Assembly (NCBI RefSeq): GCF_030684315.1 | Contig: NC_081355.1 | Span: forward strand, 29,723,316 to 29,787,315 | Direction: 5' to 3' | DNA: 64,000 bases | Source of the DNA: Stegostoma tigrinum | Lineage: Eukaryota | In this document: positions 38,841-52,228 of the stretch, piece by piece | Layout: each line of letters begins with the position of its first letter | Numbering within the stretch: position 1 is the first letter of the stretch | Made by a program: the position numbers and the translations under genes | Notes under the pieces: generated by a model | Told to the model about the DNA's origin: nothing | The model's database searches: none | The model's input: only the letters and a program-made list of their open reading frames with translations

Positions 38841-41800
38841 AAATACTAGGAAATCATTAATAATTAAGTAGCAATGAGGCGGTGAAAGAGCTATAATCCA
38901 TGCTAATAGGCCTCTTAGCAGTTCACTGGCGGGAGTCTTAGTTTAATGTCCAACACTTGGTTGGAAAATGGGACTCTTTGGTGTCAAGGCTAAGAAGCAC
39001 ATCAGTGGACATCTCACTCAATTTGCCTAAATTTCTAGTATAGTCCACTTCACTCAGGGGCTGGGAGAATTCTGCCAATAGTAACGCAACAATGTTCAAT
39101 TTTGGAGATTAATCTTCATGAAGACACATTAACTTAAATTACATTATTCAAGGTCTTTATTATAGCACATGAAAACTGAACCACATTCTAAATGGCTTTC
39201 TAAAATTATTGCAGCTGTTGCCCATCTTTTATTTTGCGCTACAAACTCAATTAACAATTATTGTAGAAGAGAATTTTCAATAAAATTTCTGAAATCAAAA
39301 CATATTTCCAAATCAGCAAGCTTAAATACATGAAAGATAGTCACTCAAAGCAAAAAGAACAGATTCATTTAAAGCTTTTACATTTCTTGGCTAGTTTATT
39401 AACAAACCACTGACATTGAATAACTGACCTTCTGCATTTATGTAACAGAATTACTTATCACCTTGCTTGAAATGAAAAAAAATGCATTACTTATCTTGTA
39501 AATTTTAAATTCAACTAACTTTACTTTCTTTGAGGAAGATTGCCCAGAAATTTCTTCATTCCCAATTTGTAGCACCTCCATATTTCTGAGCCATCCTCTC
39601 TTACAATGCAACGATCACTGACTCACTTTATTTCAATGTAATATTTACAAAGATGTCCACATAAAGATGTCTTCTGATTACCACATGTTTGTCAGACATC
39701 CTTACAATAGTAAAATAATCTTCCCATTAAGAAAGGCTGACCATCTTCAGGGAACCTAAAATTTGTATGCAATTTACAATTTCTCATTGCATTTTGCAAT
39801 TTAAAAGTGTTATCTGTATTCACATTGTTATATTACTATCTTACAGAAAGTATTTGAATGGTGGCCCTAAAGTGATGGGCACTAAATAAATACAAGTGTT
39901 TACTTGAAGTTTTTTTTCTGTTATTAAGTCAACCTTAAGATTTTTTAAAACATTTATCATTTATTACTCAAAATGGTTTCAAAAGGATAAATCAATACCG
40001 ATCTTTTTGCCGCAATTTATGCTGTTTAATTAAAGATTAATTTTAAGGTTAGCAGTATTGTATTCAAATGTTTAAAATTGCCTGCTTTTGCAGATTTGAA
40101 ATCTGTGTGATGTTCAGATGCAGAAACAATTTGGAATGTAATGATCATATCATATTTGAACTCATATCGCAGCGGTCTGTGATTATGAACTGACCAGCAA
40201 TATGATTGTTACAAATGACCTCCCTATCCCTAAATGTAGGAGGGAAAAGAGCCAAGAAAATCACAATACTGTTCCAACTCATGTCTGCTTTCTGGTGACC
40301 TCATGGGAAAGTGTACACAGACAATCAGTCTCTCCCTCCAACTCAAATTGACTGCAAGCATTCTCTTACAGATGTAGATAAGAAGATTTCAGCAAGGTAT
40401 CAGAAACTCCTTGGCCCTATTGATACATATTCCAGCTGTGGATCACATTGTCAAAGTAAGAGAGAAATTAGTGTCGATATGATGAAATCAGAGCAGAGAA
40501 AAATAATAGAGCGTGCAGCAGTGTAGAAGAAGAAAAGAGTAGGAACAAGGGAGAGGAAAAGTTAAAGGACTCAAATCCAATTATGCCTGATGTCTGTCTT
40601 GAACAGGTAAGTAATTACAATTATTACTTCAGGTTTTTCTGCCCTCTGGCAGTCTGCCCATGAATTCAGAACTTGTCTTTTATTTGAAACTTCAATAGTT
40701 ATTAAAGCTTTTGAAGAATTCACGCTCTTTGCCCTTCTGGAATGAAAAGAATAAGTAGTGACCTCGAATGTATCTGCCAGTGTTTTTCAGGGAGTGAAGC
40801 TCAATTTATACTTTAATCTTCCACTCTATTTTCATACATTATAACTTAAATAACTGACAGTAAAGCAAGCAGAAAGAAAGCCAAGCATTGGCCAAAAAGC
40901 CGAATGTTGTCTGGCAGCTAAGGCTGGTTGGCTGGAGCCTGCTATGCTACTGTAAGTGCTCAAATCGCTTAGAAAACTGTTTATAAATGCTTCTTGCTGG
41001 GATTCTCCATGGAGCTTAATTGGCAGTGATCTGAGACATTTCATTTGGTGCCAGATTGTGCAGGCTATGTGCCAATCAATGCAACTTTTAAGAATAGTTA
41101 AAATAAAACAATTAAAATGAACCGGTTCACAAGCAAAAGACCACTTTATTTTCTGGACTGCACTTTAACTGGTCACATTTCTCTGGCTTGAGCTCCAGAC
41201 ATCTGAGAAGAAATATTTTAAGCTCTGATGAAAGCTGTTATACATGGTGGAATGAGACCAGGACTAACAAGAGGAATTCACCAAAGCTGTGAGAAACCAA
41301 GCACGAAATAATAAGTTTCTTCTCCCAATAATTTGTTATTGGTAGAATGAAATCTCACCATCCTCAACCCAGAATATTATTTAAACTGACTGGAGACTTC
41401 CATCGAGAGGCACAATGGCTGCCTGATGTCACTTTATCTGCGTTCAGACAAAAACTGACACTGAGTCTCATAAGGAGAGATCGGGGCAAATAGACAAAAG
41501 CTTGAATAAAGTGGCAGGATTTAAGATGCAAATCAAAATGGAGAGATGGAGATAGAGTGTGTTTGGCTCAGAAGCTGGGCGGGGATGCAGATGTTTATTG
41601 AGGGAAGTCTAAATCCTTAAACCTGGACAGGACTATCTGCATTTTCTACAGTCTAAGGGCAAACCTCTGTATGTAAGCATTGGAGTTAAACATTGGTTCC
41701 TTTCACTTACCAACATCATTTGTGTTTTTCAATGTGCAGACCTTGTATGCTTTGTGTTCAATCTAATTCTTCAGTTTTCACAACAGCTGCTGCAGTTTCC

Positions 41801-42119
41801 TCTTGCTGCTAAAAGTGTTGAAATCAAGTCCTCTGATTGGCAGATGTTGAAGAATAAATTGTCTAGCTCTGCATTTCCCTTTTCTGAAATGACTTCAGCA
41901 GAAAACATGACATTTTCCAAAGTCACATTGCAAAGATTTCTCCTTGCCTGCTTTGGCCCTATGCATTCTAAGATGTTTTCATGCTATAAATCTGGGATCT
42001 TGAAACATTTATAAGTAATTTGCTGTGTCTTGTGATCCAGTCAGCTTGAAAATGTTCTGTTCTTGTTTAAATGTGCTGTGGTAGCCATTATAACCCACTC
42101 AAACTTTGTTAGGAAAGAG

Positions 42120-42610
42120 AAAAGCTTATTTGTGCCTTTCACAACCTCAACTTATCCCAAAGTGGTTTACAGTCAATGACATACTTTTGAAGTGATGGAG
42201 GAAATATGGCAGCCAATCTGTGTAGAACAAAGAGCTATAAGGTGCAGTGATCAAATTACCCATTCTATATTATCTATACCAAAAGCACAATACTGCGGAT
42301 GCTGGAGAACTGGAATTGAATTAGAAAATACTAAAAATATGTAGCAGGTTAGATAGCAAATGTAAAAAGAAAAATAATTGTGCAGGTCATTGATCTTTCA
42401 TCAACTTTGATAATATTTGTAGAGGGATAAATATCAGCCAGGGGAATTCCTTGTTTTTTTTCGACTTGTATATGCCCCTGATAGGGCAACTGGCACTTGG
42501 ATTAATCTCTTCCTGAGCCTAGATTTTTGTACTGAGGTCTTTGGAATAGGACTTTAACATACAAGTTTCTACCTCAAAGGCAAAAGTGTGACCAGCAATG
42601 AGTCCAAGAT
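42120..42610 (-). mobile_element. Deu-domain SINE with a probable old pLTR-end insertion at about 42280-42405
   Basis: gtgcctttcacaacctca...ggcagccaat...gagggataaatatcagccagg; insert has tactgcggatgctggaga...gatctttcatca. Confidence 0.5.
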
Positions 42611-43172
42611 GACACATTATTATAATGAAGCTTTACAGCTGTTCCTGTTCATGAGTGATCAAGGTAGAAAGTGGACATAAACATAAGAACATAGGAATTA
42701 GGAGCAAAGTAGGCAATTCAGCCCCGCTAGCCCACTGCCCATTTAACATGACTGTGGCTGATCTTATTCTGGTGTGAACTCCACAAACTACATATTCTGT
42801 TCTACCATTATATGTTAGTCTTAATTTCTCAAACAGATCAGTTACTTGTTCAATGTTCTTTATTTAGCCCTGAGTCTTGTTCTCATGATGCTTCATGTTG
42901 ACAAAAAGCATCTAGTTTAGTGTTCATGAAATTGATTTTGAATTCCACTACAATTGTGAGATTTTTACGATCATGTCTTGAAATTTTGTCTTTAAGGTAA
43001 AATGAAGGGGCCTATGTGACCTGATCTGAAGTCTCCTTGGCAACGAGCCTGTTGGGAATTTGACTGTTAGAAATTAAAAGAGGCTCCGACTGTTTTACTG
43101 GGAGGAAATGCAAGATGTTTGCATTTGAGTAGCAGCCCGTGTGTGAACAGCAGAGAGACTGTCTCCAAAGTT

Positions 43173-45706
43173 CCATAAGACCATAAGACATAGGAGTGGA
43201 AGTAAGGCCATTCGGCCCATCAAGTCCACTCTGCCATTTAAATCATGGCTAATGGGCATTTCAACTCCACTTCGCTGCACTCTCCCCGTAGCCCTTGATT
43301 CCTTCTGAGATCAAGAATTTGTCGATCTCTGCCTTGAAGGCATCTAACGTCCCGGCCTCCACTGCACTCCGTGGCAATGAATTCCACAAGCCCACCACTC
43401 TCTGGCTGAAGAAATGTCGTCTCATTTCAGTTTCAAATTTACCCCCTCTAATTTTAAGGCTGTGCCCACAGGTCCTAGTCTCCCCGCCCAACGGAAACAA
43501 CTTCCTTCGCGTCGACCCCTTCTAAGCCATACATTATCTTGTAAGCTTCTATTAGATCTCCCCTCAACCTTCTAAATGCTAATGAATACAATCCCAGGAT
43601 CCTTAGCCCTTCATCATACGTTAAACCTACCATTTCAAGGATCATCCGCGTGAATCTCTGCTGGAGACGCACCAGGGCTAGTATGTTCTTCCTGAGGTGT
43701 GGGGCCCAAAATTGGACACAGTATTCTAAATGGGGCCTAACTAGAGCCTTATAAAGTCTCAGAAGCACATCACTGCTTTTATATTCCAAACCTCTTGAGA
43801 TAAACGACAACATTACATTCGCTTTCTTAATCACGGACCTAACCTGCAAGTTAACCTTTAGAGAATCCTGGACCAACACTCCCAGATCCCTTTGTACTTC
43901 TGCTTTACGAATTTTCTCACCATTTAGAAAATAGTCCATGCCTGTATTCTTTTTTCCAAAGTGCAAAACCTCACATTTGCTCACGTTGAATTTCATCAGA
44001 TATTTCCTGGACCACTCTCCTAAACTGTCTAAATCTTTCTGCAGCTTCCCCACCTCCTCAGTACTACCTGCCTGTCCACCTATCTTCATATCATCGGCAA
44101 ACTTTGCCATGTCCCCAGTCCCTTCAACCAGATCATTAATATATAAGGTGAACAGTTGCGGCCCCAACACTGAACCCTGCATGACACCACTCGTCACCGG
44201 TCGCCATTCCAAAAAAGAGCCTTTTATCCCAACTCTCTGCCTTCTGTCAGACAACCAATCCTCAACCCAAGCCAGTAGCTCACCTCGAACACCATGGGCT
44301 TTCACCTTGCTCAGCAGCCTCCCGTGAGGCACCGTATCAAAAGCCTTTTGGAAGTCTAGATAGATAACACCTACTGGATTTCCCTGGTCTAACATACTTG
44401 TTACCTCTTTAAAGAATTCTATCAGGTTTGTCAGGCACGACCTCCCCTTACTAAAACCATGCTGACTTGTTCTAATCTGACCCTGCACTTCCAGGAATTT
44501 AGAAATCTCATCCTTGACAATGGATTCTAGAATTTTACCAACAACCAAGGTTAGGCTAATTGGCTTATAATTTTCCATCTTTTGCCTTGATCCTTTCTTA
44601 AACAAGGGGGTTACAACAGCAATTTTCCAATCATCTGGGACTTTCCCTGACTCCAGTGACTTTTGAAAGATCACAATCAAAGCCTCTGCTATTTCCTCAG
44701 CCACCTCCCTCAGAACTCTAGGATGTAACCCATTGGGGCCAGGAGATTTATCAATTTTTAGACCTTTTAGCTTTTCTAGCACTTTCTCTTTTGTAATGCC
44801 TACCATACTCAACTCTGCCCCTGAATCTCCCTAATTGTTGGCAAACTACTCATGTCTTGCACTGTGAAGAATGACGTAAAGTACTTATTAAGTTCTTCAG
44901 CTATTTCCTTATCTCCCATCACTAGCCTCCCAGCATCAATTTGGAGTGGCCCAATGTCTACTTTTGTCTCTTTTTTGTTTCTTATGTATTCAAAAAAGCT
45001 TTTGCTATCATTTCTAATATTACTAGCTAGCCTACCTTCATATTTGATCCTCTCCTTCCTTATTTCTCTCTTTATTATCCTCTGTTTGTTTTTGGAGCCT
45101 TCCCAATCTTCAGATTTCCCAGTGCTCTTGGCCACTTTATAGGCTGTCTCTTTTTCTTTGATATATTTCCTGACTTCCTTTGTCAGCCATGGCTGTCTAA
45201 TCCCACCCTGGATAATCTTTCTTTTCTCTGGGATGAACCTCTGTACTGTGTCCTCAATTACACCCAGAAACTCCTGCCATTGTTGCTCTACTGTCTTCCC
45301 CGCTAGGCTCTGCATCCAGTCAATTTTCGTCAATTCCTCTCTCATGGCCCCGTAATTACCTTTATTTAACTGTAACACCATTACATCCGATTTTGCCTTC
45401 TCTCTTTCAAACTGCAGACTGAACTCTCCCATATTATGATCGCTGCCTCCTAAGTGTTCCCTTACTTTAAGGTCTTTTATAAAGTCCGGCTCATTACATA
45501 GCACTAAGCAGAATAGCCTGCTGCCTTGTGGGCTCCATCATATGCTGTTCCAAAAAGCCATCCTGAAAACATTCCATGAATTCCCTTTCTTTGTCCGGCA
45601 ACACTATTCACCCAATCCACCTGCATATTGAAGTCCCCCGTGATCACCGTGACCTTGCCTTTCTGACATGCCCTTTCTATTTCTCGGTGCATCTTGCGCC
45701 CCTGGT
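43173..45706 (-). mobile_element. Young 5'-truncated CR1 LINE (partial endonuclease, RT, 3' UTR)
   Basis: Consecutive ORFs 45504-45731 (ITGDFN), 44809-45504 (LGGSDHN), 43475-44812; tail ccataagaccataagac. Confidence 0.95.
43475..44812 (-). pseudogene. CR1 ORF2 reverse transcriptase segment (445 aa open, frameshifted at both ends)
   Basis: KSPGPNG, NYKPISLT, QHGF, YLDFQKAFD, QGSVLGP, KFADD, RPHLEYCVQFW. Confidence 0.92.
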
Positions 45707-45958
45707 TCCAAAGAAGTCTTGAGAATGTCAAGTTGTAAACAGCAATGCTTTGAATTGCCCACTTATTTCCAAGTTAAAAATGATTAGGAGTCTTAAAGAT
45801 ATCAAATCAACATTTCCATCTAGATACAAGGCCCATGTGATTCACATTATCATTAAATGTTTTCTCAATGATGTTCCTGTGGTTCGCAGACAAAGTTAAT
45901 CTGCCAGGAACAATAGGAGACAGAGAGGGAGCAGTTAAAGGAAATGTCTCTGTGATGT

Positions 45959-46042
45959 GAGAAGAGGGTCTAGGCCCGAAATGTTAGCTTTTGTGGTCCT
46001 AAGATGCTGCTTGGCCTGCTGTGTTCAGCCAGCTCCACACTT
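45959..46042 (+). mobile_element. Short pLTR-end insertion with 14-bp TSD
   Basis: TSD tgtctctgtga(t/c)gt at 45945-45958 and 46043-46056; gggtctaggcccgaaatgttagc. Confidence 0.75.
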
Positions 46043-46056
46043 TGTCTCTGTGACGT

Positions 46057-46176
46057 CCCCATTTCTGAAGAAGGATCCAACCCGATTCGTCAGCTATCCT
46101 GCTCCTCTGATGCTGCCTGGCCTGCTCCACACTGTGTTATCTTTTGCTCCAGCATTGGCAGTTCTATCTAGCTCTG
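46057..46176 (+). mobile_element. Older pLTR end with tail
   Basis: ctgaagaaggatccaacccgattcgtcagc...ctccagcattggcagttc. Confidence 0.7.
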
Positions 46177-46554
46177 TTTCTATGATCTGCCATGCAGAGA
46201 TATATGCAGAAGCTCATGTTTAAGCTGGTAAGAGCAAAATCATGAGGATATGAAAAGGAAGCTGGTAGATTTTCCTCTTTTGTGCTAGAGGAAAGACTGC
46301 CAGCAGAAACTCTCACCAGGAAAGACCATTCTGGATTTAAAATTTCCAGACTGAAGAAGGAAAGGAATGAAAGCAAACACTTGGGGGTTAAAAATCACTT
46401 TGACTTTTCTCAAGAAAATTTAAACAACTACTTCCAAAGTAGTGTAATGTGAAGTGGACTTTACAGTTGTATTGAAAGTAAAAGAGGATGTCTGTTCTAT
46501 TGTTTATAGTATAAATGTCTATAACAACAGTGTTTAGTCAACAGTGTTGTTAGT

Positions 46555-46638
46555 TTATAAAATGTGAGGCTGGATGAACACAGCAGGCCAAGCAGCATCT
46601 CAGGAGCACAAAAGCTGACGTTTCGGGCCGAGACCCTT
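46555..46638 (-). mobile_element. Young pLTR-end fragment
   Basis: Nearly identical to 8066-8149; no convincing TSD. Confidence 0.85.
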
Positions 46639-46845
46639 GTTTGTTTGTTACAACAAAATTCTTAAAATATGAAATTTTGTCAGGAACCCATTCAGTATTC
46701 AACTTGAAGCTGAATTTCTTTTTTTTAAGTTTTTGGGGCTTGCAACAATTCAAAAAGTGAATTTTGCTTGGAGAGAAGTTATGTTATCCTAGTATTTCTA
46801 TGAAAATAGAGCTCAGTCAGATCTTAATAAGATCCTCTGACAAAG

Positions 46846-46846
<1 letters not shown>

Positions 46847-46912
<66 letters not shown>
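46847..46912. repeat. (TG)33 microsatellite
   Basis: Perfect dinucleotide run. Confidence 0.98.
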
Positions 46913-46916
<4 letters not shown>

Positions 46917-48989
46917 ACATGCATGCATGCGAGGAGCCTCACACTGCTATAGAGTGTTAAATGATGGTATGGCGTAACTATGGCAGACTTGCCATGTAGA
47001 AAAATAAGAGATTTCTTAAGTAAATTGCTCCATAATGCTGTAGGATCAGTAATGTGCTCCTCTCTCTTCAATCACATTGCCTTTTTGCATCATCAGGCAG
47101 ATCAATATGGTCTCATAATCCTTGCGCATTACGCACCCTGCATTCTTATTTGTTAGACTGGATTCGAGAGCTTTAATAAGCAATCTGATTAAGAAAAGAT
47201 TAGATAAGCTTCATGCATTTTCATGCCTTGCACAATTGAATTGCAAATGTGAAACTCATGAAGATTAAGGAACAGCACACGATTTTGAATTCAAAGATTA
47301 GAGTCGACTGACATCACATTATACAACAAGTATTGGTTCCAATGTAGCCCTATTGGAAAACAAGGGAAGGAAAACAAAACAGTAGCTGTTCACACTAAAT
47401 TCTGTACAGCCATTCTGGTGTACCAGGGACTTGGTGCTGATATATGTTTACACCCAAACTTTAACCCAATGGCCTTGTTTAGTTGCCAAATCAATTGACT
47501 GTATATTTTCCATTCCTATTTACGTTGGTATATGGGAAGATTCAGTACAAGGTCTGGGAAAAAGATCAATTTTCTTTTCAGAGTTTTTGTGATTTTCACT
47601 TTAAATTGCTACTTTGTTCTTTCTAACTAACTTATTCACATCAAGATTTTAGAACCGATAGGGTCTCATTTATGTTGAAGGTTGCTAACACTGGCGTATA
47701 CTTCAATCAAATATTTACACATTGTCTGAATTAATTTGCAAATCAATTCATCGTGCATGGTTCAATGCTTCATTGAGTTTGTTTGGTTGTCAACTTGTTA
47801 TCTTATTGCTTGTTTCCTAAAAGGATATTTCTGGATTCCAATCCTAGCAATGCCTGTCATGGACAGAATGGATTATGTCTGTTCTCCATCAGCCTGTTAA
47901 GGCAATACATTTGTGTTGATGGAATGTTTCATCTCAAGTTAGAGGGAAAATGTGAACATTGTCCATCTTGCCTGTTAGACGTACATCACTGTCAGATGAT
48001 GGCAAATGGCACATTTGGTAGCTGACCTGTTGAAACATACAGCGTTTCAGCTAAATGAGGTTGTGTAAAGGCTGAAAGCTGGTTCCTAAGACAAATACTA
48101 TACTGTTAGAGACAATTTAAGCCACACAATCTTTTTTTCCCTTTTAAGCTTCATTGTTGGGTAACTGAAAGCATTGTTCTGCCAGCAGCTTTTCTTGTGA
48201 AGATCATTGTGTCATTTCTACCGTGCAGTGAAGCATGGCAATGCACTTTACATCAATGTGATTCTGCCACTTGCTGTAAACATTTTGAAGACAATGTTAT
48301 CCTTCAGATATTTGTACAATTCATGTGGTCTTTATTGTTTTCAAACAGGAACAGTTTTGAAGCTGATAAAGAAAGGGGTAAAATCTCACACTGGGAGAGT
48401 TGCAAAAGGGTTTAAAGCTGAAGTTAAAAAAAGGAAATGATAACGGTATCTCTAAAAAATGATCTTGGAGACTAATCCAATTAAAGATTTTAACTGTAGA
48501 TTAATTTGCACTCAAATAGTCATTAATGTTTAGAGCATAGCAATTCAAATTAATGTCCAGAGTCACTGGGTTCCTATGTGGGCGATTTTTAACCAAGGCT
48601 GGTTAAGGATTCAGGGTAACCCAAGACAGAGGATGAGAAAAAATTGTAGCTGTAAGACCTGCTCCTTTTTTGAGGTACTCTGTGTTGGAGCTGATTTCCT
48701 TGAATTCTAGGAGCAGTAAGAACTGTTTGATAAGCTGCTGCGTTCTTTTGTAACTTTGGGGGAAAATAGATCAAAACAATGACACTTTAAAAAGGAGGAA
48801 GGCAGACAAAGGTAGTGACCACATGTGAAGTGAATCAAATGGGGAAAGAAACCTACACTGCTGTCTGACCCAGCAGTGAATCTACATTGCTACAGCCTCT
48901 GCTGTTTGATTTTCAAGTATCTTTGGAGTTTGTCTAAGAAAAATTAACAAACAGCGAAAGTCATAGCTAACCTTGGAGAAACTTGAATG

Positions 48990-51900
48990 GGAGAGTTCAC
49001 AGCAGGGAAGCGGCTAAGTGACCTTTTAAAATGTAACCTTACTCTTTACTTTGCAAAGCTATACTAGTGAGTACTGTGTGTTTCTTTTTGATTATATGTG
49101 TTATTGAGATCAGTCTCTTGATTAAACATTACAAATATAAAACATAAGTAGTAAGCTAGCCTGGAGCAAAGATTTTTAAAGCAATAATACTGCGCTATTT
49201 TCTGGATCTGTGATTGTTAAGGTATGAAGTTGGCCTTCGGAGGAGTGATGTATTCCCCCTCTCTGATGTGGGAGATTAGGAAGAGTTTCCATGTTACTGA
49301 TGATTATGTCTGCAGGAAGTGTATTTGGTTGCAAATCCTATTGGATCACATGAATTGGTTGGATTGGCAGTTAGAGGCAATGAGGAATTTACAGGGAGCT
49401 AGGGATGGTAGTTGTAGGAAGGGACAAAACCAAAACAGATACAATCAGGTAAATGGGCTACCTCCAAGAAAGGTGGGAGAAGGAGATAGGTTGTGTAGGA
49501 GTTTCCTGTGGCTATCCCCTTCTCAAACAAGTGTGCTGTTTTGGAGAACAAAGAGGATGATGAATTTTCACAGGAATGTAGCACTGACAGCCAGGTTTCT
49601 GGTACCAAGATTGGCTCTAATGTAGCAAGGGGTATGGTAGGTTCCATACAATTGATTGTGAAAAGGGACTCTCTAGTCAGAGGCACAGACAGACATTTCT
49701 GTGGCCGACAGTGAGAAATTAGAACGGTATGTTCCTTCCCTGGTACCAGGATCAAAGATATCTCGGAGAAGGTGCAGAATAGTCTCAAAGGGGAGACTGA
49801 CCAGCAGGAGGTCATTGTACACATTGGAACTAATGACATAGGAAGATAAAAGGATGAGATTCTGAGGAGAAAATATAAGAAGTTAAGCAGGAATTTAAGT
49901 AGAAGGTCCCCGAAGGTAATAGTATCTAGATTACTTCTGGTGCTACGAGCTAGTGAGAGTAGGAATAGGAGGATGGAGCAGATCAATGTGTGGCTGAGGA
50001 GCTGGTGCAGGGGAGAAGGATTCATATTTTTGGATCATTGGAATCTCTTCTGCAGTAGGAGTGACCTGTATAAGGAGGATGGATTATACCGGAATGTCTT
50101 TTTTTAAATTCATTCCGGGGATGACGGCATCACTGGTAGGACCAGCATTTAGTGCCTATCCCTAGTTGCCCAGAGGGCAGTTCAGAGTCAACCACATTGC
50201 TGTGGGTCTGGAGTCACATGTAGGCTGGACCAGGTCAGGATGGCAGTTTCCTTCCCCAAAGGAAATCAGTAAACTGGATGTATTTTTAACAACAGTTGAT
50301 TCACAGTCATCATTATACTCTTAATTCAAGATATTTATTGAATTCAAATTCCAGCATCTGCTGTAGCAGGATTCGAGCACAGTCTCCAGGACATTACTGG
50401 GGTTTCTGGATTAACTGCTGATTGATAATACCACTAGGCCATTGCCTCCTGCATTAGAAAGGGGACTAATATACTGCCAGGGAGATTTGCGAGAGCAGTT
50501 CGGGAGGATTTAAGCTAATTTTGCCACGTGGAGATAGGAGAGATACTAAACGAGTGTTTTGCATAAGTGTTTCCCGTGGAGAAGGAAATGAAAGTATAGA
50601 ATGTGGGGAAATAAATAGAAACATCTTGAAAAATGTCCATATTATAGAGGATGAGGTGCTGGATGGCTTAAAATGCACAAAGGTGGATAAATCTCTGAGA
50701 CTCAATCAGGTGAACACTAGAACTCCATGGGAATCTGGGGAAGAGATTGCTGGGCCCCTTGCTGAGATATTTGTGTCATTGATAGCCACAGGTGGGGTGT
50801 CAAAAGACTAGACACTGGCTAATGTAGTGCCACTATTTAAGAAAGGTGGTAAGGAAAAGCCAGGGAGCTATGGACCAGTGAGCCTGACATCGGTGGGCAA
50901 GTTGTTGGAGGGAATCCTGAGGGATAGGATTTACATGTATTTGGAAAGGCAAGGACTGATTAGGGATAATCAGCATGGCTTTGTGTGGGAAATCATATCT
51001 TGCAAACTTAACTGAGTTCTATTTTGAAGAAGTAACGAAGGGGTTTCATAAGGACAGAATGGTGGGTGTGATCCATATGGACTTCATATAGGCATTTGAC
51101 AAGGTTCCTCTTTGTAGACTGGTTAGCAAGGTTAGATCATATGGAATACAGGGAGATTTGGATACAGAAGTGGCCTGAAGGTAGAAGACAGAGGGTAGTG
51201 GTGGAGGGTTGTTTTTCAGACTGGAGACCACAAGGATCAGTGCTGGGTCCACTGTCTTTCGTCATTTATAGAAATAATTTGGATGTAAACATAGGAGGTA
51301 CAGTTAGTAAGTTTGCAGATGGCACTAAAATCGGAGGTGTCGTGAATAGCGAAGAACGTTACCTCAGAGAACAAAGGGATCTTGTTCAGTTTGGCCAATT
51401 GGCCAAGGAGTGGCAGATGGAGTTTAATTTAGATAAATGTCAGGTGTTGCATTTTGGAAAGGCAAAACAGGGCAGTTCTTATACACTTAATGGTAAGATC
51501 CTGGGGACTGTTACTAAAAAATGAGACTTGGAGTACAGGTTCATGGTTCCTGAAATTGGAATCACAGATAGATAGGATAGTGAAGAAGGCATTTGTTATG
51601 CTTGCCATTAATGATCAGTGCATTGAGTATAGGAGTTAGAAGGTCATGAGGCAGCTGTAGAGCACATTGGTTAGGACGCTTTTGGAATACAGTGAGCAAT
51701 TCTAATCTCCCTGCTTTAGGAGGGACGTTGTGAAACTTGAAAAGGTTCAGAAAAGATTTACAAGGATGTCACCAGGTTTGGAGGGTTTGAAATGTAATAA
51801 GAGGCTGAATAGGCTGGGGCTATTTTCCTTAGAGCGTTGGAGGCTGAGGGGTGACCTTATTGAGGTTTATAAAATCATGACAGGCATGGATAGGGTAAAT

Positions 51901-52228
51901 AGCCAAGGTGTTTTCCCTGGGGTAGGGAGAGTCCAAAACAACAGGGCAAAGGTCTAAGGTGTAAGGGGAAAGATTTAAAAAGTACCTAAGGACAACATTT
52001 TCACTCAGAGGGTTGTGCGTGTACGGAATGAGCTGCCAAAGGAAGTGGTGGAGGCTGGTACAATTGCAACATTTAAAAGGCATCTGGATTGTTACATGAA
52101 TAGGAAGGGCTTAGAGGGAAGTGGGCCAAATGCTGGCAAATGGGACTAGATTTATCTGGGATATCTGATCGGCATGGACGGGTTGGGCCAAAGGGTTTGT
52201 TTCTGAGCTGTACATCTATATGATTCTA
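48990..52228 (+). mobile_element. Decayed CR1 with 5' UTR, ORF1 (Zn-finger/leucine zipper plus SGNH esterase-like), RT and tail; endonuclease region missing
   Basis: MWE..DDYVCRKC..LQ; DSLVRGTDRHFCG; VIVHIGTND; then YGPVSLTS, QHGF, PQGSVLGP, KFADG. Confidence 0.88.
50098..50449 (-). mobile_element. tRNA-headed SINE nested in CR1 ORF1
   Basis: Reverse strand ggaggcaatggcctagtggtattatc...ctcgaatcctgc; homologous to 3915-4264. Confidence 0.8.

Noticed and set aside
43160-45715. Possible TSD (tccaaag) around the young CR1
   Set aside because: Only 7 bp and not flush with the tail; chance match not excluded
46817-47071. His-Thr repeat ORF
   Set aside because: Translation of the (TG)n microsatellite
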